Source of the DNA: Ostreococcus lucimarinus
Lineage: Eukaryota
Assembly: GCA_000092065.1 (NCBI GenBank)
Contig: CP000585.1
Direction: 5' to 3' (one strand)
DNA: 64,000 nt
The notes beneath the pieces are model-generated. The model was given only the letters and a program-made list of their open reading frames with translations, did not search any database and was not told the origin of the DNA. Every line of letters starts with the position of its first letter. The first letter of the stretch is position 1. Below, piece by piece: positions 21,788 through 32,146 of the stretch. The position numbers were made by a program, and so were the translations under genes.

Positions 21788-23595
21788 ATGATGCACGCGC
21801 GCGCGCTGACGTTCACGCGCGCCGTCGGCGGCGATCGTCGCGCGATGCGCGCCGAGCACAAAAAACCGGCGGCGGGACGAATCCGCGCGGTGACGCGCGC
21901 GTCCGGTGAAGACGACGAGATCGCGCTGCTCGAAAAGGCGCTGAAGATGGCGAAGACGCGCAAGGCGAACGGCGAGGCGAGCGCGGCGCCGGCGGCGCCC
22001 GCGGCAGGTGGTGCGTACAGCGGCTCATCATTCAACGTCAAGACGTTCAACGCGATTTCACCGGTGGGTTTGAACAAGTTCCCGAAAGGGAAGTACGCGG
22101 TGAGTGGAGACGATAAGGAGCTGCCGGGAGACCCGATGGCGATGATGCTGCGGTCGCACAAACTGCAAGTGAGTGAGGTACCGTCGACGGTGCGAGGCAT
22201 CGTGCGCTGCGGCGCCGGTACGAATAACATTCCGGTGAAGGAGATGAGCGAGCTTGGTATTCCGGTATTTAACACCCCGGGTGCGAACGCGAACGCGGTG
22301 AAGGAGCTCGTGGTGTGCTCTTTGCTCCTGGCGAGCCGTGGGATCATCGAGGGTAACAAGCACGTGAACGATGTCATCAACGTTGAAGAAAACGGCGACT
22401 ACGCCAAGATTAGCGTGCGCATCGAAAAGGACAAGGCTATGTTCGGTGGTACTGAAATCGAGGGCAAGACGCTCGGCGTCATCGGTTTAGGCGCTATCGG
22501 TTCTCGGTACGTTTCGTTTCGCTCGCGCGTTCGCCGGTTAAATTCGCCGGTTAAATTTCGTCGCTCGACGAGCGACGAGTCTTCCTTCTCAAAGGAATGA
22601 TGATTCTCAATTAGATGTTTGATGGCGTTCAATCGACGGTCATCGTCGACGGACGTCGCTGAGACTACAAAATTGAGGCATATCCATTCTTTACCTGACC
22701 TTTGAGTCGTTTTCGAACTCTCGCGGCCGTGTGGTTGACTCTCACTCGGCTTTTGACTAACCGCGTCTCTCGTTTTTCGCTTTGTCGCAGTGTCGTAAAC
22801 GCCGCGCTTGGGCTCGGCATGAACGTCATCGGTTATGATCCGGTGCTTTCTCTCGAAGCCGCGTGGCGTCTTCCGGGGGACAAGATGTCCCGAGCGGACG
22901 ACTTGGATGAACTCTTCGCTTTGGCGGATTACATCACCATCCACGTCCCGTACATCAAGGGTGTCACCCACCACTTGATCGACGCCAAGTCTTTGGCGAA
23001 GTGCAAGCCGGGCGTGAACTTGCTCAACTTTGCTCGCGGTGAAATCATTGATGGTTCCGCTGTGCGTGCGGGCTACGACGCGGGCAAGCTCACGGGCAAG
23101 TACGTGTCTGATTTCTCGGATCCGGATTTGATGGGTCACCCGAGGCACATCGTGCTTCCGCACTTGGGCGCGTCGACAGAGGAGGCGGAAGAAAACTCCG
23201 CCGCCATGGCGGCTGATACGATGATGGATTTCCTTGAAACCGGTACGATCCGCAACTCGGTGAACTTCCCCACCACCATTTTACCGCCTCACAAGAACTC
23301 CTCCGGTGCCCGTCTCTGCATCGTCAATAAGAACGAATCCGGCGCCCTCGGTGAGATCACCACCTTCCTCGGCACGCAAAACTGCAACATTCTTCAACAG
23401 ATCAACACCTCTCGCGACAGCGTTGCGTACACGGTGATCGATTTGGAAACCTGCCCCGAAGATCCGGGTGCTTTGCAAGACTCCCTCGCCGCGGCGTGCC
23501 CGATGGTGATCTCTTCTCGCTTCATCGGCTCCGTCTTCAACGACGAGCTCGGTCAACCGGGGACGTACTTTTGGGTTCGCGAAAACGGCAACTAA
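21788..23595 (+). CDS. D-3-phosphoglycerate dehydrogenase-like (D-2-hydroxyacid dehydrogenase + C-terminal ACT domain), 2 exons (21788..22506, 22791..23595)
   Basis: NAD-binding GKTLGVIGLGAIGSR|VVNAALGLGMNVIGYDP restored across intron; catalytic R/E/H region (NFARGEIIDG, HIVLPHLGASTEE); ACT-like C-terminus ARLCIVNKNESGALGEITTFLG. Confidence 0.75.
22507..22790 (+). other. intron (284 nt) of phosphoglycerate dehydrogenase gene
   Basis: GTACGT donor at 22507, TTTTGACTAAC branch, TTGTCGCAG acceptor ending 22790; phase-2 junction (cg|t = Arg) fuses ORFs 21749..22600 and 22702..23595 into one Rossmann fold. Confidence 0.75.
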
Positions 23596-23797
23596 GCTTT
23601 CGTCCCCGCGAGTATTCCTCGCGTCGAAGATCTATCTTTCTTTAATACAGCACTTTAGCACGAGCACCAATCGCAGATGCATCCATAAGGAGTCTGACTC
23701 AGCCTTGATATTTGAGTGGTGCGACCGAGCATTACTCGTGAGAGTTTGCCCATACGACGTCAAAATATCCCGAAAAAAGGGCTCGTCCCGACACAGC

Positions 23798-26700
23798 ATG
23801 GAGCGCCGATCGACGCGCCGCGCGACGAGTAGCGCCCCCGCGCGCGCGAAGCGCACGCCCAAGATTAATTCCCAGTTTGCCCGCGATTTTGTCGTGGGAG
23901 AAGTCGCGCGACGCACGCGCGACGACGCCGATGGGAAATCCCGGGTCTCTGGCGTCGGCAAACTGTCGAGAAAAAGTGCATCGAAGAAGAAGAAGGTCGC
24001 GAACGCACTGCGTAAGCGCTTGTTACGCCAGAAAAGAGCGTCGGACAACGCAACGCGATGGCGCGTGGGATTACGGGCGCGCGCGCCGGCGATGAAGGCG
24101 ACGAGTTGTCGAAATCTGGTCAAAGCGGTCACCGCGGGGTTACTGCACGAAGCCAACGCCGTAAAGGCGACGTGGTTGAACGGCGCGGGCGTGACGATCG
24201 CTACCGAACGACGGTCGCGAATGCGTGTTCGGACGAGTGCGTGGCATTTGGAACGTCTGTCGTCGTTTATCGGGGACACGAGTTCGTCGTTTTGGGAAAA
24301 TCATCCGGATTTCGTCGTCGGCGGCGACGCGACGAGCGACGGCGACGAGCCGAAACGCGACCCGTTCGTGCAGTGGATGTGTCGAGCGAAGGAACTGGCG
24401 CCGGATGTGTTTAGTCGTGAAATGTCTTTTGCGCGGGAGTTTTCGCGTGATGGCGCTCGACCGTTTACGACGGCGATACGTATGATTGATGAGTGGACGA
24501 CGTCGAGTCTTCGCCGATTGCACGCGCACTTTCCAGGATGTGTCGATGATAGCTGGAGAACTGGCATTCCAAGAGACATACCGCTCTTGCCGGACCCCGA
24601 GAGCGTCGACAGAGAGCATGCTGCGGGAGAAAGTGAAAATGTGATCGCATCTGATGTGTCGGCAGACGCGAGTGCAAACGCTCTTCAAGGCTTCGTCGCC
24701 GCGCCGATGTCGCACGCGACGCCGGCGCCGGTCAGCGAGAGCGGCGCTCAGCTGAGTTTCGTCGCGCAGGTTGCCGCACAAAGCTTTGCGCTCGACGCAT
24801 TTCCTATTCTCCCACTCGAAATCTTACCCGTAGAACACTTCGTGCTCGGGCTCTGGAGTTCTAAGAACGCGACGACACCCGGATCACCGCCGTCAAAGCC
24901 AAATGATACGTTTTCGCTACCCTGGCTGGATTCGGCGTGGATCGACCTGATGGATTCAACCCCAAAATCTCCACGAAAGCAGCGAGCGCGAGTATGGCGA
25001 GGAAAAAATTTGGACATGATCGTGTACGGCGAAGATGAAAAGCAAACGTGGGCTTCGAAGATTGCCGCGTTTCTCAAGCGCGCTCGATCGGCACTTGGTA
25101 ATAGAGTGCTCGATCGTGGGGCTTGGGGAGGGTCCATTCTCGATAGTCTCATCGGCGCAAATCTCACACAAAACGTCAGCGATGTATTGTCGAGTACGGC
25201 GTTTATGAACCTTGCGGCGAGGTTTCCGTACAACGCATCGACGGCGGAGCAGCACGACTCTCGCGCGTACATTCACCGAATCGTCGGCGAAATGTTTGAC
25301 AGAATCCGCGAAGGCATCGAGCCGAAGGCGGTGGTTGTGCCCGATGAACTTCCAGGTAAACCCATCGATGAACTCTCATTACGCCCCAAACGCACGGTGG
25401 TGAAGAAGAAACTCAATGCGAAGAAGGCGAAGAAGGGTCCACTGCGCAAGTCGAGAAAGGTGGCGGCGGGCGTCATCGAGCAGGTCCTGGCGAGGCCAGA
25501 TCCGCCTCGAACGGAACACACGACTGATCAGGTAGACTGGTACGCCGTTTTGGACGCACCGCTCGTTGAAATCGTCAAGTGCATCAGATGCCGTGGCATG
25601 CACTGGATGCTCGCGCGACGCATCAAAGGTATTTTGAAACGAGTCATGGCGCAACGTGGATGTCTTTCGCTTGAATTTTTGCGCGACACGCCGACAAGAG
25701 ATGCCAACGAATATCTGCTCGCTCTCGACGGTATGGGCGTGAAGACGACGTCTTGTGTGCTACTTCTTGCGTTGCATCGCACAGACTTCCCCGTCGACGT
25801 TAACGTCGGGCGTATCATGGCTCGTTTGGGTTGGGTGCCACTCGAGAGCGAAACTGCTCTTGAAGAGCTCGCGCAATACGCTCCTGAACCTGCGGTGTAT
25901 ACTTTCTTGCGCGAACGTCTTAACTCTTTCGGCGTTGAGATGCTTTACGAGTTACACTACCACATGATTACACTGGGAAAAGTTTTCTGCGGTAAGCGCC
26001 TGCCAAACTGCGGTGCGTGTCCACTTCGGGATGTTTGCGAATACGCCAAGCAAGGCGGCAAGTGCGTTGATCGACCAGACGGGCACTCTGGTCTCGCGTC
26101 TCTGCAACCAGAACTTCCCACCAGAGCTCGACCATTGAATGACATCGAGGATATTGGAGGTCAAACTGTGCCGCGCACTTCGAATGTACACGAAAACGTC
26201 GCGAAAGATGGCTCGTCGTACGTGCTGAAAGCCATCATCGCCGCCGGCGTGGAATGGGACAAGAAGGGGCGACCCGAAGGTGCACTCGCGACGAATGTTT
26301 TACTCTTGAGCGCGGCAACATCGAGAGAAGATGTTCAACTTGCATACGTCCGCCTCTCTCGTGTGGTTCACCCGGACAAGAACTCTCACCCCGACGCTTC
26401 GCTGGCGTTCAATTACATCACCATGGCGCGTAAAGTTGCGCTCAACATCACAAACAACGACACGTTGGCTCAGAATATCGAAGCTGAGCTCGAAGAAATG
26501 ATCCGATTATCGGTGGAAGACGTAGAGGAAGTGCCCATGGATGAATTTACGGGCATGGAGCTCAGTGAAACAGTCATCAAAGCAAGCAAAGTTCGCGCCG
26601 AAACACTCGGATGGTCGGTGCCGACGACTTTACTCCCGCGACAAATCATTGACGAACTTGGCGGTGAGTCGAGTGCGTGTGGCTGCATCATGGTTCCCTT

Positions 26701-27469
26701 GGACTCGAACTTGAAATCACTTGACGAAATCACAGCCAAAACGGTAGACGTCGCAATTCTGGTTCCTTGTATCTCGGCGATGAAGAAAAAGTTCCCACTG
26801 CACGGCACGTACTTTCAAGTCAACGAGGTCTTCCTCGACGAAGTTTCGTCGAATGTTCCGCTCAAAGTCGAAAAGACACAACTCTCGAAATGCAAGCGCA
26901 TAAGAGTGCTCGTCGGAACGTCCATCGGAAGCATTGCTCGTGGAATGTCGCGCGTGCAAGTCACGGCGGCGTTTGCGAGTCAACGCATCTGTGTTCGAAC
27001 GTGGAACAGAACGACCAAGCGTCCCGGACCGCTACCGCGATGGCTGTGTCCGTTCTTCCCGCAACCCGTGGAGAGACCTCTCGAGCCCGAGCCATCGCCT
27101 TTGACGAAGAACGGTCGACCGATGAACCCGACGCCTTTGTCGCCGGTATCAGTGCTAACATTGGCGCAGAGTCCGCAAATCGCGACCATGGCCGCCGCAG
27201 CGCCGGTGGATTCCGTCGAGCACAGACTCCTCGAAGAATTTCAGCGAATGTTCAAGGGCAAATCAAAGCCCAAGATGCCACCTGGCCTCAAGCGCGCGTT
27301 CAACGAGTCCAACGATGGTTCATCGCGCAAACGTCGCGCACTGTTCCCAAAAGTTCTTCGGCACCAGAAATGCGGATTCTGCCGCAATTGTCTCAATCCC
27401 AGTTTTAAACAAGCGTGTCTCACGCGGCGTAATCAGATGCGTCTGAGCATGGCGTCGCCTACCGCGTGA
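23798..27469 (+). CDS. multidomain DNA glycosylase: HhH-GPD/[4Fe-4S] (EndoIII/DEMETER-like) + J-domain + C-terminal CXXC-like zinc finger
   Basis: HhH-GPD region (~25530-26040) with Fe-S ligands CGKRLPNCGACPLRDVC; J-domain (~26300-26460) LAYVRLSRVVHPDKNSHPDASLAFNYITMARKV with HPD; C-terminal KCGFCRNCLNPSFKQAC (CGxCxxC). Lower GC than neighbours. Confidence 0.65.
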   Translation: MERRSTRRATSSAPARAKRTPKINSQFARDFVVGEVARRTRDDADGKSRVSGVGKLSRKSASKKKKVANALRKRLLRQKRASDNATRWRVGLRARAPAMKATSCRNLVKAVTAGLLHEANAVKATWLNGAGVTIATERRSRMRVRTSAWHLERLSSFIGDTSSSFWENHPDFVVGGDATSDGDEPKRDPFVQWMCRAKELAPDVFSREMSFAREFSRDGARPFTTAIRMIDEWTTSSLRRLHAHFPGCVDDSWRTGIPRDIPLLPDPESVDREHAAGESENVIASDVSADASANALQGFVAAPMSHATPAPVSESGAQLSFVAQVAAQSFALDAFPILPLEILPVEHFVLGLWSSKNATTPGSPPSKPNDTFSLPWLDSAWIDLMDSTPKSPRKQRARVWRGKNLDMIVYGEDEKQTWASKIAAFLKRARSALGNRVLDRGAWGGSILDSLIGANLTQNVSDVLSSTAFMNLAARFPYNASTAEQHDSRAYIHRIVGEMFDRIREGIEPKAVVVPDELPGKPIDELSLRPKRTVVKKKLNAKKAKKGPLRKSRKVAAGVIEQVLARPDPPRTEHTTDQVDWYAVLDAPLVEIVKCIRCRGMHWMLARRIKGILKRVMAQRGCLSLEFLRDTPTRDANEYLLALDGMGVKTTSCVLLLALHRTDFPVDVNVGRIMARLGWVPLESETALEELAQYAPEPAVYTFLRERLNSFGVEMLYELHYHMITLGKVFCGKRLPNCGACPLRDVCEYAKQGGKCVDRPDGHSGLASLQPELPTRARPLNDIEDIGGQTVPRTSNVHENVAKDGSSYVLKAIIAAGVEWDKKGRPEGALATNVLLLSAATSREDVQLAYVRLSRVVHPDKNSHPDASLAFNYITMARKVALNITNNDTLAQNIEAELEEMIRLSVEDVEEVPMDEFTGMELSETVIKASKVRAETLGWSVPTTLLPRQIIDELGGESSACGCIMVPLDSNLKSLDEITAKTVDVAILVPCISAMKKKFPLHGTYFQVNEVFLDEVSSNVPLKVEKTQLSKCKRIRVLVGTSIGSIARGMSRVQVTAAFASQRICVRTWNRTTKRPGPLPRWLCPFFPQPVERPLEPEPSPLTKNGRPMNPTPLSPVSVLTLAQSPQIATMAAAAPVDSVEHRLLEEFQRMFKGKSKPKMPPGLKRAFNESNDGSSRKRRALFPKVLRHQKCGFCRNCLNPSFKQACLTRRNQMRLSMASPTA

Positions 27470-27516
27470 GAGCGCGAGAAATAATCAATGTTACATCACG
27501 ATTACAACAAACGTTT

Positions 27517-28176
27517 CTACACTCTGTACGATCTTCGCATTGCGAGCGTTTGCGCCAGCGTCTGCCGAATGTAGGGCACAACCAACGCCTCGGCGTATTC
27601 CACGACAAAGTCCGCGAGCGAAGGATGATGCAAACCGTCATTCAACGGTTTCATCTCATCAATCGCGCGCTGAATCGCTCCCGGCTCCTCAAACAGCACC
27701 TCCGCCGTCGACTCCACGACCGCTCGCAACCGTTCATCGTCCAACGACACGTCCATCGCCGCCGCCAACGCTCTCGTCGCGTCTCCCAACCCCTTCATCG
27801 CGTCGGCGTCGCCCGCCGCGAGCAAGCATCGCGGCGCGCGTTCGACGACGCGTCCCAAACACACCTCCTTCATCGGCAACGCCGCGCGCACGTTTACCAG
27901 CGCTCGCTGAATCTTCGCCGCGTCCACGCACACCAACGCCGCCTCCGGGCACTTATGAAACACCTCCCCCGCGCGAACGCCCTCTCCGCAAAATCTCTCG
28001 AGCGCCTCGCACATCGTCGCGATGGCGTGATGATCTCTAAAAATCTCCCCGACCTCGTCCTTTCGATGTCGATTCCCGAGTATGAGCAACCGCGTGACCC
28101 TGGTCTCCGAGTCCACGCCCACTTCGCGCCACGCGCGTCGCGCGTCGCTCTCCCACGCCCCGCTCATCGCGTGCAT
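27517..28176 (-). CDS. hypothetical protein (start uncertain)
   Basis: C-terminal ~220 aa of ORF 27517..29394(-) has non-repetitive composition; upstream part of that ORF is R/A-rich antisense of the PX gene and likely artefact. Confidence 0.3.
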   Translation of the reverse strand: MHAMSGAWESDARRAWREVGVDSETRVTRLLILGNRHRKDEVGEIFRDHHAIATMCEALERFCGEGVRAGEVFHKCPEAALVCVDAAKIQRALVNVRAALPMKEVCLGRVVERAPRCLLAAGDADAMKGLGDATRALAAAMDVSLDDERLRAVVESTAEVLFEEPGAIQRAIDEMKPLNDGLHHPSLADFVVEYAEALVVPYIRQTLAQTLAMRRSYRV

Positions 28177-28389
28177 CGCGAGCGAGTTCTGCGCGATGCC
28201 GTCGACGCCCCACTCGCCGTAACTCCGTCGGTCGTCGTCCCTGAAGTCGACCGCGCGCGGACGGCGCGCGCGCGTCGTCGCGCGCGCGGACCCGCGCGCG
28301 AGCGCGACGCGCGTCGCGACGCGCGAGCGCATCGCGCGCGCGCGAGTGACGAAAGTCGTTAGCGCCGCAAACGACGACGCGCGCGCGCG

Positions 28390-29793
28390 ATGGCGACGCG
28401 CGACGGCGCGAGCGCGCGCGCGACGTCGCGCGCGACGAGCGCGACGTCGCGCGCGACGACGGAGTTCTGGCTGACGATCCCGCGCGCGACGCGACGCCCC
28501 GACCCGACGCGCGCGGGCAGGGAGACGATCTTCTACGACGTCGCGTGCGCGCTCCACGGCGATCGCGGCGACGGCGCGAACGCGCGCGGACGAGACGCGG
28601 CGCGCGTCGAACGCGTCACGCGACGGCGGTACCGCGAGTTCGTGGCGCTGAAGGAAGATTTGGATGAGGAGTGCGGCCGCGGGGCGGCGCCGGAGGCGCC
28701 GCCGCGAGAACGGTTTCGTCGAGTGAACGCGGACGAGGGTAAGGTGGAGGCGCGAAGACGGCGGTTGGAGAGTTGGTTGTGGGGGGTGCTGGCGAACGAG
28801 GCGTGCGCGAAGAGCGAGGCTTTGGGACGGTTCGTACGGTTGGGGGCGTGCGAGCGGGCGCTGCGGCGCGCCGAGGCGGCGGCGGCGGCGGAGGCGGTCG
28901 AGGCGAACGCGGAGGGGGGAGAGATCGCGATGACGCCGGAGTCGACGTCGGTGCGCAAGATGGACGCAGTGACGCCGGAGATGGTGACGAATCCGAGCGC
29001 GATTCTGTCGTCGCCCGAGAGCGAGGCGAGTCCGTATGAGCCGCGGCGGCGAGCGATCGAGGAGAGCGAAGCGGCGGCAGCCACCGCCGTTGATGCGCTG
29101 AATGCGACAAATGAAGAGATGCGGTCTCTCAGGGAAGAGCTCGAGGCGACGAGGGAGTGCTTGAAGGATGCGCGCGCGACCGCGGCGGCGGCGGAGGAAA
29201 AGTTTTCCGATTTCGAAGTCACATCGCGGAAGGAAAAGAAAGTGTTGAGCAAGGAGATTCGCTCGCTGCGGCGCCAGCTCGAAGCAGCGAAGTTGGATAA
29301 AAACGAACAGGCAAACATCATATCCGCGGAAGATCGCACGGCGGTGCTGCGAGACGTCATGCACGAGGTGAGCGTGTTGCGCAATCGAGTTCAAGAGTGT
29401 ACGTATGAGAAATTACTGTCCGTGGAAGCGAGTAGCCCGCACGGACACGCAGGTGGAGATCCGAACGAGCTGCTTGCTGTGAGCGATAACCGATTGGCCG
29501 TGTTGCTCGCCGAGACGCAGATTATGATATTAGGCGGCGAGGACGCTCAGCCCTCGATTTCGGATTCCCCAGAGAGCGCCGAGGCAGAACAAGAGCTCCT
29601 GAACGCCGAGCGCGAGACCCGACAGACGTTCGCAGACTTGCTGTCGGATCTCATCAACACGCGCAAGAGTATCAATTCGCTCTTACGCAAACACTTTGCG
29701 AGAAAGAACGAACCGGCTTCGACGACAGGACTTAGCAGTCGCGTGACGAATCTCGTGGGCGCGATAGAAAAGAAACTGACCATTCCTCAATAG
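28390..29793 (+). CDS. PX-domain protein (sorting-nexin-like) with coiled-coil C-terminus
   Basis: PX-like RRRYREFVALKEDL...PPRERF...RRRRLESWLWGVL followed by long coiled-coil (EE/LR heptads). Confidence 0.55.
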   Translation: MATRDGASARATSRATSATSRATTEFWLTIPRATRRPDPTRAGRETIFYDVACALHGDRGDGANARGRDAARVERVTRRRYREFVALKEDLDEECGRGAAPEAPPRERFRRVNADEGKVEARRRRLESWLWGVLANEACAKSEALGRFVRLGACERALRRAEAAAAAEAVEANAEGGEIAMTPESTSVRKMDAVTPEMVTNPSAILSSPESEASPYEPRRRAIEESEAAAATAVDALNATNEEMRSLREELEATRECLKDARATAAAAEEKFSDFEVTSRKEKKVLSKEIRSLRRQLEAAKLDKNEQANIISAEDRTAVLRDVMHEVSVLRNRVQECTYEKLLSVEASSPHGHAGGDPNELLAVSDNRLAVLLAETQIMILGGEDAQPSISDSPESAEAEQELLNAERETRQTFADLLSDLINTRKSINSLLRKHFARKNEPASTTGLSSRVTNLVGAIEKKLTIPQ

Positions 29794-29857
29794 CGAACGG
29801 TCGTGTAAAATAAATTGCTTCTACTATTACGTGCTAATCTAAGACCGCAGCCGCACA

Positions 29858-31579
29858 TCACAGACCGGTTTGCTGCATTTTCTTCCCTTGCGCGTCGAAG
29901 ACGTACTTCTTGAATCGCAACGTGAGCTTTCCGTTCCCTGCACCTTTCTTGATGCCGTTCGAAAAGTAAACCTTGTACTTGCCGCTCTTCCCGAAACCGC
30001 CCTCTATTGTGCCGCACTCTTGATTCGACGTCCACACGCGCATGCCCAAGAACGCAGTCAGGTCGGATTCTTTTTTAAACATGCCTTTGCCGATGACGGT
30101 GCGCTCATCTTGCACGCGTTCGATCGCACCCTCGCGAGATTTCATTTTGAACACGCGAAGCGAACGAATCGCGTCTGGTTCGCGCTGCGTGTTAATGTGC
30201 TGAAGCATTCTCCCGTGAAACGCGAGTCGACACGTGTTTTGATGGATGTCGGTGTCGAGACGCGACGCGATGTACAGCTCGTCCGTCGGCACCGTAATCG
30301 GTTGCTCAAACTCCAACAGCGCATACTTCGCGAACGTCGGAGCGTCGAACGCGTCGACGCCCCCAGCCTCATCGACGATCGCCCTAGCCTCAGTTTCGGT
30401 CAAAAGCTCCTCGCAGTGCTTGTACTCCTTGGACGCGTCAAAGCCAACTTCGGTCAACTGCATACTCGCCAAAGCATCCGAGAGAGCGTTTTCACCACCT
30501 CGTGAGACGTCGCCGAAGAAATGAACCGTCGCCATCACCGTCGTGTGCCCGATCGTGATGTGAAACTTTGCGCCGCATTTCACAGCGCTCTTGAAAAACC
30601 GAATTTTACTCGCGCTCACGATGGCCGCGTCGAATGTGGGCACCGTGTTCGGTTCGCACACTAAACCGCGCTCGAGGACTTTCGCATCCAACCCCGCGAC
30701 GCAAATCCCCAATCGATCGCCGCGCGCGCACGAATCGACTGACTTCTTGAACATCTGCATGGACTTGATCTTCTTCTCAAGTTTCAGATGCGGAATCTCA
30801 ATCGTATCCCCCACGGCGACGGAGCCCCGAAGCGTCGTCCCCGTGAGCACCGTCCCTTGCCCTTTCACCGGAAAGCAGTGATCGACGGCGAACAAAAACG
30901 CTCCTTCCGCTTCGCGCTTCTTCTTCACCTCCGGTATTAACTCCAACAGCTTCGTTTTCAGCGCCTCGATCCCGATCGGTGGGTCCCCGCCCGAGTCCAG
31001 CGCCTGCGAATCCGCCCCGCCCGGCCTCGCGCTCACCGGCAACATCGCGCATCCCTTAAACTTTGTCTTCGCGAACACGCTCGCCAATTTCGCCTGCATC
31101 TTCGCCACCTTTTCCTCTCTCACCTCCTCCGCGAACGCATCGATCTTATTCACCGCCACGATCAGTCTATCCGTCGTTATTTCCCCCACCACCAAGCACT
31201 CCGCCGTCTGCGTCTGCACGCCCTTTTGCGCGTCCACGACCAAAATCATCAAATCGATGATCGACGCCCCCCCCAGGACCGTCTTTATCAGCGACGCGTG
31301 TCCCGGGCAATCCACCAGCGTGAACTGCGCGCCGTCGTACGCCTCGCGCGTCGCGTCGTCGACGTCATCAGGAAACTCGGCGAGAAACGACGAAAATCCA
31401 AGGTCGAGCGTGATGCCCCGCGCCGCGCTCTGCGGGCACTTATCCAGGCTCGCCGTGCTGAACGCCGTGCTGATCGCGCGCGCGAGCGACGTCTTCCCGC
31501 TGTCGATGTGCCCGAGGACGCCGACGTTGACGTTCAGTCGAGGTTTCATTGCGCCGCGCGCGACGCGCTCTGATGCCAT
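29858..31579 (-). CDS. selenocysteine-specific elongation factor (eEFSec/SelB)
   Basis: GTP-binding G1-G4 motifs (VLGHIDSGKTSL, DCPGH, NKID), EF-Tu-like domains plus C-terminal extension typical of eEFSec. Confidence 0.8.
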   Translation of the reverse strand: MASERVARGAMKPRLNVNVGVLGHIDSGKTSLARAISTAFSTASLDKCPQSAARGITLDLGFSSFLAEFPDDVDDATREAYDGAQFTLVDCPGHASLIKTVLGGASIIDLMILVVDAQKGVQTQTAECLVVGEITTDRLIVAVNKIDAFAEEVREEKVAKMQAKLASVFAKTKFKGCAMLPVSARPGGADSQALDSGGDPPIGIEALKTKLLELIPEVKKKREAEGAFLFAVDHCFPVKGQGTVLTGTTLRGSVAVGDTIEIPHLKLEKKIKSMQMFKKSVDSCARGDRLGICVAGLDAKVLERGLVCEPNTVPTFDAAIVSASKIRFFKSAVKCGAKFHITIGHTTVMATVHFFGDVSRGGENALSDALASMQLTEVGFDASKEYKHCEELLTETEARAIVDEAGGVDAFDAPTFAKYALLEFEQPITVPTDELYIASRLDTDIHQNTCRLAFHGRMLQHINTQREPDAIRSLRVFKMKSREGAIERVQDERTVIGKGMFKKESDLTAFLGMRVWTSNQECGTIEGGFGKSGKYKVYFSNGIKKGAGNGKLTLRFKKYVFDAQGKKMQQTGL

Positions 31580-32121
31580 CGCGTCGCGTCGCGCGCGCCG
31601 AGGACGCGTCGAGCGCGGCGCGCGCGCGCGCGGCGACGCTCGTCGACGCGCGCTGGCCGCGTCGGGGCGACGGGCGCGGGTTCACGGGCGCGCGCGCGGC
31701 GCGCGAGCGCGACGGGGCGACGCGGTGCGCGCGCTTCGTGCTCGAGGTGGCGAGCGACGACGACGACGACGAGGGCGACGAGGGTTGGCGTTGCGCGGGC
31801 GCGTGCGTGGTGGAGGATTCGTGCGCGGTGCGCGGGCGCGAGGGCGCGAGGAACGGGATGATGCGGAGCGTGGTGGTGGACGACGCGATGAGACGACGCG
31901 GGCACGGCGCGGCGCTCGTGCGACGAGCGACGGCGCTCGCGCTCGCGGAGTGGGACGTCGTCACGGTGTGGTGCGAAAAGGGATTGGTGAAGTTTTATGA
32001 GAGCTGTGGGTACGTGTACGAGCCGGCGAAGGGGCGAAGGTACGCGGAAGACGACGAGGCGGTGCTGCGAGCGACGCGCGATTCGGTTAGAGACGCTCGC
32101 GGGATATCTACCGGTGGGTGA
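31573..32121 (+). CDS. GNAT-family N-acetyltransferase (start uncertain)
   Basis: Acetyl-CoA binding motif A RRRGHGAALVRRA and C-terminal VKFYESCGY; listed ORF start overlaps SelB start codon so true start likely differs. Confidence 0.4.
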   Translation: MPSRRVARAEDASSAARARAATLVDARWPRRGDGRGFTGARAARERDGATRCARFVLEVASDDDDDEGDEGWRCAGACVVEDSCAVRGREGARNGMMRSVVVDDAMRRRGHGAALVRRATALALAEWDVVTVWCEKGLVKFYESCGYVYEPAKGRRYAEDDEAVLRATRDSVRDARGISTGG

Positions 32122-32146
32122 TTAGAATTAGAAGTGCAATCGGAGT

